NCBI GenBank assembly: GCA_025463335.1
Contig: JAOBWJ010000110.1
Span: forward strand, 1-59,753
Direction of reading: 5' to 3'
Length of the DNA: 59,753 nucleotides
From: Acidimicrobiales bacterium
GTDB taxonomy: Bacteria > Actinomycetota > Acidimicrobiia > Acidimicrobiales > CADCSY01
The notes below the pieces were generated by a model. The model saw nothing but the letters and a program-made list of their open reading frames with translations. It made no database searches and had not been told where the DNA came from. Numbering within the stretch: the stretch's first letter is position 1; the number at the start of each line of letters is the position of its first letter. The position numbers and the translations under genes were made by a program. Shown here piece by piece: positions 26,877-36,059 of this stretch.

Positions 26877-27335
26877 ATGCGACGTACCGGTCCCGTCCTC
26901 GCCGCCACAGCGGGGACACTCGCACTCCTCGCCAACTTCCACACCAGTTCGCCGAGCACGAAGCTGCCGATCGGCACATCGTCAGCCGGAGGAACCGCGC
27001 CGTCGACTGCCACCGCTCCGAGCGCTCCGTCGACCACCGGACCGACACCGACCACGTCCACCCAGACCGTCAACGGGCCCGACGTCCCGAACAAGTACGG
27101 CGACGTACAGGTGAGCGTCACCGTCTCCGGCGGCCAGATCGTCGACGTTCAGGCGCTCGCGCTTCCGAGCGACCGCCAGAAGTCCGCCGAGATCAGCCAG
27201 TACGCCGGGCCGATCCTGCGGGACGAAGCCCTGCAGGCCCAGAGTGCCAACATCAACATCGTCTCCGGTGCCAGCTACACGAGCCAGAGCTACGCCCAGT
27301 CACTCCAAGGCGCACTCGACAGCGTCGGTCGATGA
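26877..27335 (+). CDS. FMN-binding domain protein (extracytoplasmic, flavinylation target)
   Basis: Frame of ORF 25467..27335 trimmed to ATG 26877. Has an N-terminal anchor, a Thr/Pro/Ser linker, and the flavinylation-type motif NIVSGASYTS. Confidence 0.8.
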   Translation: MRRTGPVLAATAGTLALLANFHTSSPSTKLPIGTSSAGGTAPSTATAPSAPSTTGPTPTTSTQTVNGPDVPNKYGDVQVSVTVSGGQIVDVQALALPSDRQKSAEISQYAGPILRDEALQAQSANINIVSGASYTSQSYAQSLQGALDSVGR

Positions 27336-28138
27336 GCGAGCTCGGTCCGCTCATCGCACCGGCCCGCACGCTTCGAGTGGAGCCGCACTGGGGCACCATG
27401 ATCACGCTCGACGTGCGGGACCGCATCGACGTCGACCTCGTCGATCGAACCTTCCGATGGTTCCGTCGGGTGGACGACCTCTTCTCGACCTGGCGTCCCG
27501 ATAGCGAGATCAGTCGGCTCGCCCGGCGTGAGCTGACCATCGACGAGACCGATGCCGACGTACGAGAGGTCCTCGAGCTCTGCGACCAGTTCTTCGGGGA
27601 CAGCGGCGGCGCCTTCGACATCCGCGTCGGGGCCCACCCGGATGTACGGCCCCGAGAAGGCCTGGGCCCGATCGATCCATCCGGGATGGTCAAGGGTTGG
27701 GCCCTCCAGCGAGCCGCCTCCTGCCTCCGCGACGCCGGTGTCAACAACTTCACGATCAACGCGGGCGGCGACGTCGTCTGCGCCGGCCATGCCGAACCCG
27801 GAGCGAACTGGCGAGTCGGGATCCAACACCCGTGGCGGCGCGACCGAGTGGCCGCAGTGGTGGACGTCAGCGATCTCGGCGTTGCGACCTCGGGCCGCTA
27901 CGAGCGAGGCGACCACATCATCGATCCCCGCACGAACGTGCCAGCCATCGGACTCATGTCGGTCACGGTCATCGCGTCCGACCTCGCCATCGCTGACGGC
28001 TACGCCACCGCCGCGCTCGTTCTCGGACGCGAGGGAATGGAGTGGCTGAGCGAGCGAGACGATGTCGCCGCCATGGCCATCGCCGACGACACCACCGTCG
28101 TCACCACCGGGTCCTTCGACCGGCACCGCGTCTCGTAG
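27332..28138 (+). CDS. apbE: FAD:protein FMN transferase (ApbE family)
   Basis: 268 aa. ATG overlaps the upstream stop (ATGA). FSTWRPDSEISRL, DPSGMVKGWA, ATSGRYERG. Confidence 0.9.
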   Translation: MSELGPLIAPARTLRVEPHWGTMITLDVRDRIDVDLVDRTFRWFRRVDDLFSTWRPDSEISRLARRELTIDETDADVREVLELCDQFFGDSGGAFDIRVGAHPDVRPREGLGPIDPSGMVKGWALQRAASCLRDAGVNNFTINAGGDVVCAGHAEPGANWRVGIQHPWRRDRVAAVVDVSDLGVATSGRYERGDHIIDPRTNVPAIGLMSVTVIASDLAIADGYATAALVLGREGMEWLSERDDVAAMAIADDTTVVTTGSFDRHRVS

Positions 28139-28288
28139 CGCCGTCTCGTACGCCAGCGCGCCTCGGGTGCTGCCCTCGGCTCACGTCACGCGACCGAGTA
28201 GCCGCGCGGACGCACTACGCGTCGCGGTGATGTCGGCGCCCCGTCGATGCGAGGAAGCTCAGGGCTGAGGGCAACGAGAGGGGCCACC

Positions 28289-29173
28289 ATGAGCGTCACC
28301 GTCCTGGGCACGGGCACGATGGGATCGCGGATCGCCGCCAATGTGTGTCGAGCAGGCATCGCCACCGCGGTGTGGGACAAGTCGCCGGCCAACGCCGCAG
28401 CGCTGTCCGACCTGGGCGCGACGGTGGCCTCGTCGGCAGCCGAGGCAGTCGCCGGCGCCGACATCGTGATCACCATGCTTCCCGACGCCGACGCCGTCAT
28501 GTCCGTGTTCGACGAGCAAGGCACGCTGAACGCACTCGCGCCCGGCGCCATCTGGGTGCAGATGGGAACCATCGGGGTGGCCGCAACCGACCGCCTCGCC
28601 GCGCTCCGGGCGGAACGCCGACCGGACGTCTCCTTCGTCGACGCCCCCGTGTCGGGCAGCAAGGATCCTGCGGAGAGCGGTCAGCTGCTGATCCTGGCCT
28701 CGGGCCCCGCTGGGCTCGAGGTCAAGCTGGAGGCGGTCTTCAACGCCATCGGCCGACGGACGATGTGGCTGGGCGCGGCCGGCCAGGGAACGCGGCTCAA
28801 GCTCGTGCTCAACACCTGGATCGCCTTCCTCATGGAAGGGCTGGCGGAGACCGTGAGCCTTGCCGACGGGCTCGGCGTCCCCCACGCCGAACTGGCCGAG
28901 GCACTCGAAGGCGGCCCCCTCGCCGCGCCGCAGGCCATCGCCAAGCTGCGCAAGATCGACGCCCAAGACTACGACCCCGAGTTCGCGCTCGCCTGGGCGC
29001 TGAAAGACGTGAACCTCGCCCTCGAATCGGGCGTGGAGCACCTTCCCGCCCTGGCCGCCATCGGCGACCAGTGGCGCCGCGCCGTCGCCGCCGGGTACGG
29101 AGGCTTGGACATCAGCGCCGCCCGGCTCGGCCTTCAAGAGCAGACCAGTGAGCCAATGGAGGCGAGGTCATGA
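28289..29173 (+). CDS. NAD(P)-dependent beta-hydroxyacid dehydrogenase (3-hydroxyisobutyrate/6-phosphogluconate dehydrogenase-type)
   Basis: ORF 28247..29173 trimmed to ATG 28289. VTVLGTGTMGSRIA and VDAPVSGS. Confidence 0.85.
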   Translation: MSVTVLGTGTMGSRIAANVCRAGIATAVWDKSPANAAALSDLGATVASSAAEAVAGADIVITMLPDADAVMSVFDEQGTLNALAPGAIWVQMGTIGVAATDRLAALRAERRPDVSFVDAPVSGSKDPAESGQLLILASGPAGLEVKLEAVFNAIGRRTMWLGAAGQGTRLKLVLNTWIAFLMEGLAETVSLADGLGVPHAELAEALEGGPLAAPQAIAKLRKIDAQDYDPEFALAWALKDVNLALESGVEHLPALAAIGDQWRRAVAAGYGGLDISAARLGLQEQTSEPMEARS

Positions 29174-29754
29174 TCACGCTGCCGGCGTCGACGTTCGTGC
29201 CCATCGCCCTCGGGTTCTTCGGGCTGGGCACCGGCTACCTCATCTGGGGACCCCAGGAGCTGTTCGGGTTCCCACGCCGCGACCGAGCGGTGGACCGGTC
29301 CATGGGACTCTGGGGAGTCTTCCTGCCGGGTCTCTGTCAGGTCGTCACCGGGATCATCCTGTTCATCGGGTTGACCTGGTTCGAGGTGTTCCAGGGCAAC
29401 CCGGCCCTGTACATGGCGGCGGTGGCGTTCTCGGCCTACGGGATCCATTGGTTCGCACTGGGGTTGAACCGCTACCAGGAAAACGACCCGAGACCGAACG
29501 TCGGCATGTCCGTCGCCTTCATCGTGCTCTCGGTGGTCGGCGCGGTCGTCTTCTTCCACGCCGACGACTGGCCCGTCGGCCTGCTGTTCTGCGGGCTTGC
29601 CGCCGTCTACGTCTCCGAACTGCCAGCGAGCGTCGGCGCCCGCATCGGTGAACTCGCCCTGGGCTTTTGCCACGTCGTGGTCGGCCTGTGGCTGATGTAC
29701 CTGTCGTCCGCCGTCCTCCTCGACCTCGCCGCCGGCTACCACTGGCGGTCGTGA
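29170..29754 (+). CDS. Six-TM membrane protein resembling the GPR1/FUN34/YaaH (SatP) or AmiS/UreI channel families
   Basis: 194 aa. ATG overlaps the upstream stop (ATGA). FVPIALGFFGLGTG, GIILFIGLTWFE and AFSAYGIHWFALGL parallel the SatP segments NPAPLGLMGFG / IAQIFAGLLEY / AFTSYGSFWL as I recall them. Confidence 0.55.
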   Translation: MITLPASTFVPIALGFFGLGTGYLIWGPQELFGFPRRDRAVDRSMGLWGVFLPGLCQVVTGIILFIGLTWFEVFQGNPALYMAAVAFSAYGIHWFALGLNRYQENDPRPNVGMSVAFIVLSVVGAVVFFHADDWPVGLLFCGLAAVYVSELPASVGARIGELALGFCHVVVGLWLMYLSSAVLLDLAAGYHWRS

Positions 29755-29850
29755 CCGTCGTACCGGCGTCCGTTGCCCCTGTCGGACGGTCGTGGTAGGC
29801 GTAGTCGTAGGGGTTCGGGGTACGGAGTTGGCGCCCAGAGCGAGGGGGTC

Positions 29851-32800
29851 ATGATTTCCATGGACACACGCCGCTGGATCGAGTCCTGGCCGGTCTTCCG
29901 CCAGGTGGCCGAGCACGACCCCTTCGGCCTTGGCGCTGCAGTCAAGAGCAGGCGCACCGATCAGCTGGAGCCACGGGTCCGTCGGGCCGACGAGGTGGTC
30001 AAGTCGGTCTGTCCCTACTGCGCGGTTGGCTGCGGTCAGCAGGTCTATGTCGAAGCCGGCCGGGTCACGCAGATCGAAGGTGACCCGGACTCACCGGTCA
30101 GCCGGGGCCGACTCTGCCCGAAGGGATCGGCCAGCCTGCAGCTGACGACCGGTGACGCCCGCGAGTACAGGGTGCGGTACCGGCGGCCGTTCGGCACCGA
30201 GTGGGAGGACCTCGACCTCGACACGGCCATGGACATGATCGCCGACCGGGTCATCTCGGCCCGGAGCACCGGCTGGCAGTCGCACTTCGACGGGGTTCGC
30301 ACTCGCCGCACGCTCGCTCTCGCGAGCCTCGGCGGGGCCACCCTCGACAACGAAGAGAACTACCTGATGAAGAAGCTGTTCACCGCGCTGGGTGCCATCC
30401 AGATCGAGAACCAAGCTCGTCTTTGACACTCCTCCACGGTCCCCGGTCTGGGGACCAGCTTCGGTCGTGGAGGTGCGACCACCTTCCAGCAGGACCTGCA
30501 GAACGCTGACTGCATCCTGATCGAAGGCTCGAACATGGCCGAATGCCATCCCGTCGGGTTCCAGTGGGTGATGGAGGCGAAAGCGCGCGGCGCGACGGTC
30601 ATCCACATCGATCCGCGGTTCACACGCACCAGCGCCGTCGCCGACCGGTACGTGCCGATCCGAGCCGGAGCCGACATCGCCTTCCTCGGCGGCGTGATCA
30701 ACCACGTGCTCAACAGCGAGACGTACTTCAAGGAGTACGTCCTCGCCTACACCAACGCATCCACGATCCTGACCGAGGACTACGCGGACACCGAAGATCT
30801 CGACGGTGTGTTCTCCGGCCTGAACCGCGAGGACCGCTTCTATGACTTCGACACCTGGCGCTACCAGGGAGGAGACGTCAGGCCGGCGAGCGGCGACCGT
30901 TCCGATCCCGACGAACGTCCTCACGTTCGGGGCCGGGTTCGGCAGGCGAGCCGCGGCGAGGCGCACGGTTCCGGCGGCGCGGCGGCCTCTGCCTGGCCGG
31001 AGACGGACGACACCCTGCAGCATCCACGATGTGTGTTCCAGGTGCTCAAGCGGCACTTCGCCCGCTACACGCCCGAGGTGGTCGAGCAGATCTGCGGGGT
31101 GTCCCAGGAGCAGTTCGCCGAGGTGTGCCGGCTCCTCACCGAGAACTCGGGCCGCGACCGCACGACAGCCTTCGTCTACAGCCTCGGCTGGACGCAGCAC
31201 ACGACCGGCGTGCAGTGCATCCGCACGGCCGCCATCCTGCAGCTGTTGCTCGGCAACATCGGCCGACCCGGCGGCGGCATCATGGCCCTGCGCGGGCACG
31301 CCTCCATCCAGGGGTCGACCGACATCCCGACGCTGTTCGACCTGCTGCCCGGCTACCTACCGATGCCCCACGCCTGGGGGAACGAGGATCTCGACACCTA
31401 CGTACGGGCCGAGACCGTGCAGAAGGGGTTCTGGGCGAACACCCGCTCCTACATGGTCAGCCTGCTGAAGGCCTGGTGGGGCGACGCGGCGACGGCCGAG
31501 AACGACTTCTGTTACGACTACCTGCCGCGGCTGACCGGCAGCCACAGCACCTACGAGACGGTGCTGGCGCAACTGGACGGCACGTGCAAGGGCTACTTCC
31601 TGTACGGCCAGAACCCGGCGGTCGGGTCGGCCAACGCCCGGATGCAGCGCCTGGGTATGGCGAACCTGGACTGGCTGGTGGTGCGGGACATGGTCATGAT
31701 CGAGAGCGCCACCTGGTGGAAGGACGGCCCCGAGATCCAGACCGGCGAGCAGCGAACCGAGGAGATCGGTACCGAGGTCTTCTTCCTTCCGGCCGCTGCG
31801 CACACCGAGAAGTCGGGCAGCTTCACCAACACGCAGCGCATGCTGCAATGGCACCACGAGGCGGTCGAGCCGGCCGGTGATGCCCGCAGCGATCTCTGGT
31901 TCACCTACCACCTCGGGCGGCGGATCCGGGAGAAGCTGGCCTCCTCCGTCGACGACGTCGACCGACCGGTGCTCGACCTCACCTGGGAGTACCCGCTGCG
32001 GGGGTCGTTGGACGAACCGGACGCCGAGGCGGTGCTCGCCGAGATCAATGGGTGGGATGCCGAGCAGCACCCGCTGTCGGCCTACACCCAGCTCACCGAC
32101 GACGGCTCCACGGCGTGCGGCTGCTGGATCTACTGCGGGGTCCATGCCGATGGCGTCAACCAGGCCGCCCGGCGCAAGCCAGGGCAGCAACAGAGCTGGG
32201 TGGCGCCGGAGTGGGGCTGGGCGTGGCCGGCCAACCGACGGGTGCTCTACAACCGGGCATCGGCGGACCCCGACGGCAAGCCCTGGAGCGAGCGGAAGGC
32301 GCTGATCTGGTGGGACGAGGAGAAGGGGCGTTGGGTGGGCCACGATGTCCCGGACTTCATCGCCGACCGTCCCCCGTTCTTCCGCCCGTCCGAGGGCGCC
32401 ACTGGCCCGGCGGCCATCTCCGGCGTCGATCCGTTCATCATGCAGGCCGACGGCAAGGGGTGGTTGTTCGCCCCGGCGGGCCTAGTGGACGGCCCGCTGC
32501 CCACGCACTACGAGCCGCAGGAGTCCCCGTTCCCCAACCTCCTCTACGGCCAGCAACACAACCCTGTCCGCCAGCTGCTCCGCCACCCGGAGAACCGGTA
32601 CCAGCCGAGTGGCGACCAGCCCGGCGCCGACGTGTTCCCGTACGTGACCACCACCTACCGGCTCACCGAGCATCACACCGGCGGCGGGATGTCCCGCTTC
32701 CTGCCGTACCTGGCAGAGCTGCAGCCAGCGTTCTTCTGCGAGGTGTCACCGCAGCTCGCCACCGAGCGCGGCCTGGAGCATCTCGGCTGGGCCACGGTCG

Positions 32801-33111
32801 TCACGGCTCGCAGTGCGATCGAGGCTCGGGTCCTGGTCACCGAGCGGATCCGGCCCCTCGAGGTTCAGGGCCGCACGCTGCACCAGGTCGGGCTTCCGTG
32901 GCACTGGGGACCGAACGGGTACACGACCGGGGACGCCTTCAACGAGCTGGCTCACCTGGCGCTCGAACCGAACGTGCACATCCAGGAGGTCAAGGCCATG
33001 GCCTGCGACATCCGCCCGGGCAGACGGCCGCGCGGGCCAGCTCTGCGCGAACTGGTGCGGCGCTACCAGGAACGCGCCGGCATAACGGACGAGACGGGGA
33101 CGGAGGTGTGA
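29851..33111 (+). CDS. fdnG: Formate dehydrogenase alpha subunit (FdnG/FdoG-type molybdopterin enzyme), selenocysteine-containing; UGA at 30424..30426 read as Sec
   Basis: ORFs 29773..30426 and 30535..33111 are in the same frame. The junction ENQARL-[TGA]-HSSTVPGLGTSFGRGGATT aligns with E. coli FdnG ...ARV-U-HGPTV...FGRG. N-terminal 4Fe-4S motif CPYCAVGCG. ATG 29851 follows GAGGGGG. Confidence 0.9.
30427..30473 (+). promoter_or_regulatory. SECIS-like element immediately 3' of the in-frame UGA
   Basis: A 7-bp stem 30438-30444 / 30450-30456 (GGUCCCC/GGGGACC) is capped by the loop GGUCU. It is nested in an 8-bp helix 30431-30438 / 30466-30473 (CCUCCACG/CGUGGAGG). The hairpin starts 11 nt after UGA, as in E. 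coli fdhF. Confidence 0.75.
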
Positions 33112-33932
33112 TGGCGGCTGAGGCTCGTGCCCTCGACCCGGCGGCGCTGGCCGGTCATAGAGACCATCCGCCGCGGATGGGGTTCTTCACCGACACCTCG
33201 ATCTGCATCGGCTGCAAGGCCTGCGAGGTCGCATGCAAGGAGTGGAACGCCGTGCCCGAGGACGGGCTCCTGCTGACGGGCATGTCCTACGACAACACCC
33301 AGGGCCTGGGCGCCTCGACCTGGCGGCACGTCGCGTTCATCGAGCAGCCCGGGGCGGACCACGACGGCTTGCGGTGGCTCATGTCGAGCGACGTGTGCAA
33401 GCACTGCACCGAAGCGGCCTGCCTCGACGTCTGCCCGACCGGCGCCCTGATGCGCACCGAGTTCGGCACGGTGATCGTCCAGGACGACGTCTGCAACGGG
33501 TGCGGCTACTGCGTCTCGGCGTGCCCGTTCGGCGTGATCGACCGGCGCCCGTCGGATGGGGGCGCGCACAAGTGCACGCTCTGCTACGACCGGTTGGGTG
33601 CCGGACTGATGCCGGCGTGCGCCAAGGCGTGCCCCACCGAATCCATCCAGTTCGGCCCGCTCGACGAGTTGCGGGAGCGGGCTGGGCAGCGGGTCGCGGA
33701 GCTCCACGACGCCGGCCGGTCGGAGGCACGGCTGTACGGCGAGGATCCCGACGACGGCGTCGGCGGCGCGGGAGCCTTCTTCCTGCTGCTTGACCAGCCC
33801 GAGGTGTATGGCTTGCCGCCGGACCCGGTGGTCACGACCCGCGAGCTGCCCCGCATCTGGCGGCATGCGGGCATCGCCGCGGCCAGCCTCGCCCTTGCAG
33901 CTGTTGCGGCGTGCGTGTCAGGTCGGCGATGA
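33111..33932 (+). CDS. fdnH: Formate dehydrogenase iron-sulfur (beta) subunit, 4x[4Fe-4S] ferredoxin-type with C-terminal TM helix
   Basis: Frame of ORF 32052..33932 trimmed to ATG 33111 (overlaps the TGA of the alpha subunit). Cys clusters CIGCKACEVAC, CKHCTEAAC, CNGCGYCVSAC, CTLC. C-terminal IAAASLALAAVAACV. Confidence 0.9.
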   Translation: MAAEARALDPAALAGHRDHPPRMGFFTDTSICIGCKACEVACKEWNAVPEDGLLLTGMSYDNTQGLGASTWRHVAFIEQPGADHDGLRWLMSSDVCKHCTEAACLDVCPTGALMRTEFGTVIVQDDVCNGCGYCVSACPFGVIDRRPSDGGAHKCTLCYDRLGAGLMPACAKACPTESIQFGPLDELRERAGQRVAELHDAGRSEARLYGEDPDDGVGGAGAFFLLLDQPEVYGLPPDPVVTTRELPRIWRHAGIAAASLALAAVAACVSGRR

Positions 33933-34861
33933 AGTCAAGGACGGGCCGCCGCGACGGCGGGAAGCAGATGGTGCCGGAGGCCGAGTTCACCTCCTACTAC
34001 GGCCGGCCAGTGCTCAAGGAGACCGTCTGGGAGGCGGACATCCCCAGCTACCTGTTCCTCGGCGGGCTGGCTGGCGCGTCCTCCGCCCTCGCCGCCGGCG
34101 CGCAGCTCTCCGGTCATCCGGAGCTGGCGCGCACCGCCAAGGTCGGGGCGGCCGGAGCGATCAGCCTGTCGCTCGCAGCGCTGGTCCACGACCTCGGCCG
34201 GCCGGCCCGGTTCGTCAACATGTTGCGGGTGTTCAAGATCACCTCGCCGATGAGCGTCGGCACCTGGTTGGTGTCCGCCTACGCTCCCCTTGCCATGGGG
34301 GCCGCTGCCTCCACCGTCGGCCGGAAGCTGCCGCGGGCTGGGCTCGCCGCTTCCGCGGGGGCCGCCGCGCTCGGCCCCGCCGTCGCGGCCTACACCTCGG
34401 CCCTGCTGGCCGACACCGCGGTGCCGGCCTGGCACGACGCCCGTCGCGAGTTGCCCTACCTGTTCGTGGGCTCGGCCGCTACCGCGGCGGGTGGGCTGGG
34501 CCTGCTGGCGGTCAGGCCGGAGGCCGCCGGCCCCGCCGTCCGGCTGGCGACGCTCGGCGCCGCAGCCGAGCTCTCCGCCGAGCAGTTGCTCGACCGGCGC
34601 CTCGGACCGGAGGCCGAGCCCTACCGGACAGGGAGGGCAGGGGTCCTGCTGCGGACCGGGCAGCTCCTCGCCATCGCCGGGACTGGGGCCGCACTCCTGG
34701 GCCGTCGCAGCCGGGCCGTCTCGGCGCTCGCGGGGGCAACGCTGCTCGCCGGTTCGGCCGTCACGCGCTTCGCCGTCTTCGAGGCCGGCCGGGCCTCCGT
34801 TCGCGACCCTAAGTACGTCGTCGGGCCGCAACGGGACCGACTCGACGCGCGAGGCGGGTAA
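33929..34861 (+). CDS. NrfD/PsrC-type molybdoenzyme membrane anchor subunit
   Basis: ORF 33911..34861 trimmed to ATG 33929 (ATGA overlap). Polytopic and heme-motif-free, with YLFLGGLAGAS. The C-terminal RDPKYVVGPQR is typical of this family. Confidence 0.8.
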   Translation: MKSRTGRRDGGKQMVPEAEFTSYYGRPVLKETVWEADIPSYLFLGGLAGASSALAAGAQLSGHPELARTAKVGAAGAISLSLAALVHDLGRPARFVNMLRVFKITSPMSVGTWLVSAYAPLAMGAAASTVGRKLPRAGLAASAGAAALGPAVAAYTSALLADTAVPAWHDARRELPYLFVGSAATAAGGLGLLAVRPEAAGPAVRLATLGAAAELSAEQLLDRRLGPEAEPYRTGRAGVLLRTGQLLAIAGTGAALLGRRSRAVSALAGATLLAGSAVTRFAVFEAGRASVRDPKYVVGPQRDRLDARGG

Positions 34862-36059
34862 CGGCGCTCACCAGGGCGCCGACGACGAGCAGGACGACGA
34901 GCAGGACGACGGGCGCGGCTCGGCCCCCAGCGTCCGTCCGGTCGGAGGATGCCCGCTGCGATCGGACCGATCCCTGGAGTGGCTGCGCCCCGCTGAGTGG
35001 CGTCCCGCTGAGTGGCAGCGTCCCGGGGAGAGGCCACGGGGCCAGCACGGTCCCCTCAGCGTCTCCACCCACCAGGCGGCGGCGGCCCTGCAGGGAGAAC
35101 AGCAGCAGCACGGAAGGCGCGACGAGGAGGACGACGACCCCAAACAGGACGACCAGGGCGACCAGGGTGGCGTGCGGGGCACCGGCGTTGGTGAGGGTGA
35201 TCCCGGTACCAGGCAGCAGGGTCGGGTACTGGGCAACGCCCCATCCCCACAGCACGGCGGCCACGCCGAGCGCGGCGAGCACCCGCAGGCCGCGCCGGCG
35301 GCCGGTCAGGAGGAATGCCAGCGCGCCGAGGCCGGCCGCCTCGCCGACGATCACCAGCGGAAACGCCCGGCCGGTGAGGCGGTCGAACAGCGTCGGGTTC
35401 GAGCTGTGCAAGGCGAGCAGCGTGGCGAACGACAGTGCGCCGGTAACGACGCCAGAGGCCTGTGCCCGGCGGGTGAAGTACACCTCGAGGTGGTGGTCGT
35501 CTCGCCGGGCAGCCTCGCCGATGAGGTAGACGGCGGCCAGGTAGGCGCACGCACCGACGAAGAGCAAGCCAGTCAGCAGCGAGGTGGTTCCGGTCCAGCT
35601 GGAGCGGCTGGCGCTGGTGGCATCGGCCGGAATCTGGCCGGCCGCAATGCCACCGATCACGGTGCCCATGAAGAACGGGGTCAGGAGCGAGGAGAGTGCG
35701 AACGTCGCGCCCAGCGCCCGCTGGGCGCTGAGGCGGCGGGCCTCCGCGCGGAACGCGAAGCCGGCGCCGCGCAGCACGATCCCGAGCACCGCCAGCCAGA
35801 TCGGCAGGGCCGCTGCGGTCATCACCGAGGCGAATGCGTCGGGGAAGGCCGTCCAGAAGATCACCAGGGCGAAGATGAGCCACATGTGGTTGGTCTCCCA
35901 CACGGGAGTGATCGCCTCGTCGATCAGGTCGCGAGGGGCACGTCCGCGGCGGTCGCCGCCGGCCACCAGATCCCAGAAGCCGCCCCCGAAATCGGCCCCG
36001 CCAAAGATGGCGTACAGGGTGATCACGGCCAGCAGGATGGCCCCGACCACCTCCGCCAT
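34809..36059 (-). CDS. cydB: Cytochrome bd oxidase subunit II (CydB) with about 87-aa C-terminal extension carrying an extra TM helix
   Basis: Frame of ORF 34809..36989 trimmed to ATG 36059 (ATGA overlap with the cydA stop). MAEVVGAILLAVITLYAIFGGADFGGGFWDL is the CydB N-terminal signature. The last 53 nt overlap the convergent NrfD gene. Confidence 0.85.
   Translation of the reverse strand: MAEVVGAILLAVITLYAIFGGADFGGGFWDLVAGGDRRGRAPRDLIDEAITPVWETNHMWLIFALVIFWTAFPDAFASVMTAAALPIWLAVLGIVLRGAGFAFRAEARRLSAQRALGATFALSSLLTPFFMGTVIGGIAAGQIPADATSASRSSWTGTTSLLTGLLFVGACAYLAAVYLIGEAARRDDHHLEVYFTRRAQASGVVTGALSFATLLALHSSNPTLFDRLTGRAFPLVIVGEAAGLGALAFLLTGRRRGLRVLAALGVAAVLWGWGVAQYPTLLPGTGITLTNAGAPHATLVALVVLFGVVVLLVAPSVLLLFSLQGRRRLVGGDAEGTVLAPWPLPGTLPLSGTPLSGAQPLQGSVRSQRASSDRTDAGGRAAPVVLLVVLLVVGALVSAVTRLARRVGPVAARRRT
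34990..35017. repeat. 13-nt direct repeat CCCGCTGAGTGGC x2 (period 15) inside the cydB extension
   Basis: Read directly. It encodes the repeated PLSGT/PLSGA peptide on the minus strand. Confidence 0.9.

Noticed and set aside
29773-30426. Formate dehydrogenase alpha subunit as a disrupted pseudogene (two ORFs split by a stop)
   Set aside because: Both parts are in the same frame. The stop is TGA exactly at the position of the catalytic Sec in FdnG-type enzymes, and it is followed by a SECIS-like hairpin. I therefore called it a selenoprotein gene.
34210-34225. Second KstR-like AAC..GTT palindrome (CAACATGTTG) at about 34215
   Set aside because: It lies inside the NrfD-type coding sequence and lacks the flanking T/A positions of the KstR motif. 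It is not near any promoter.
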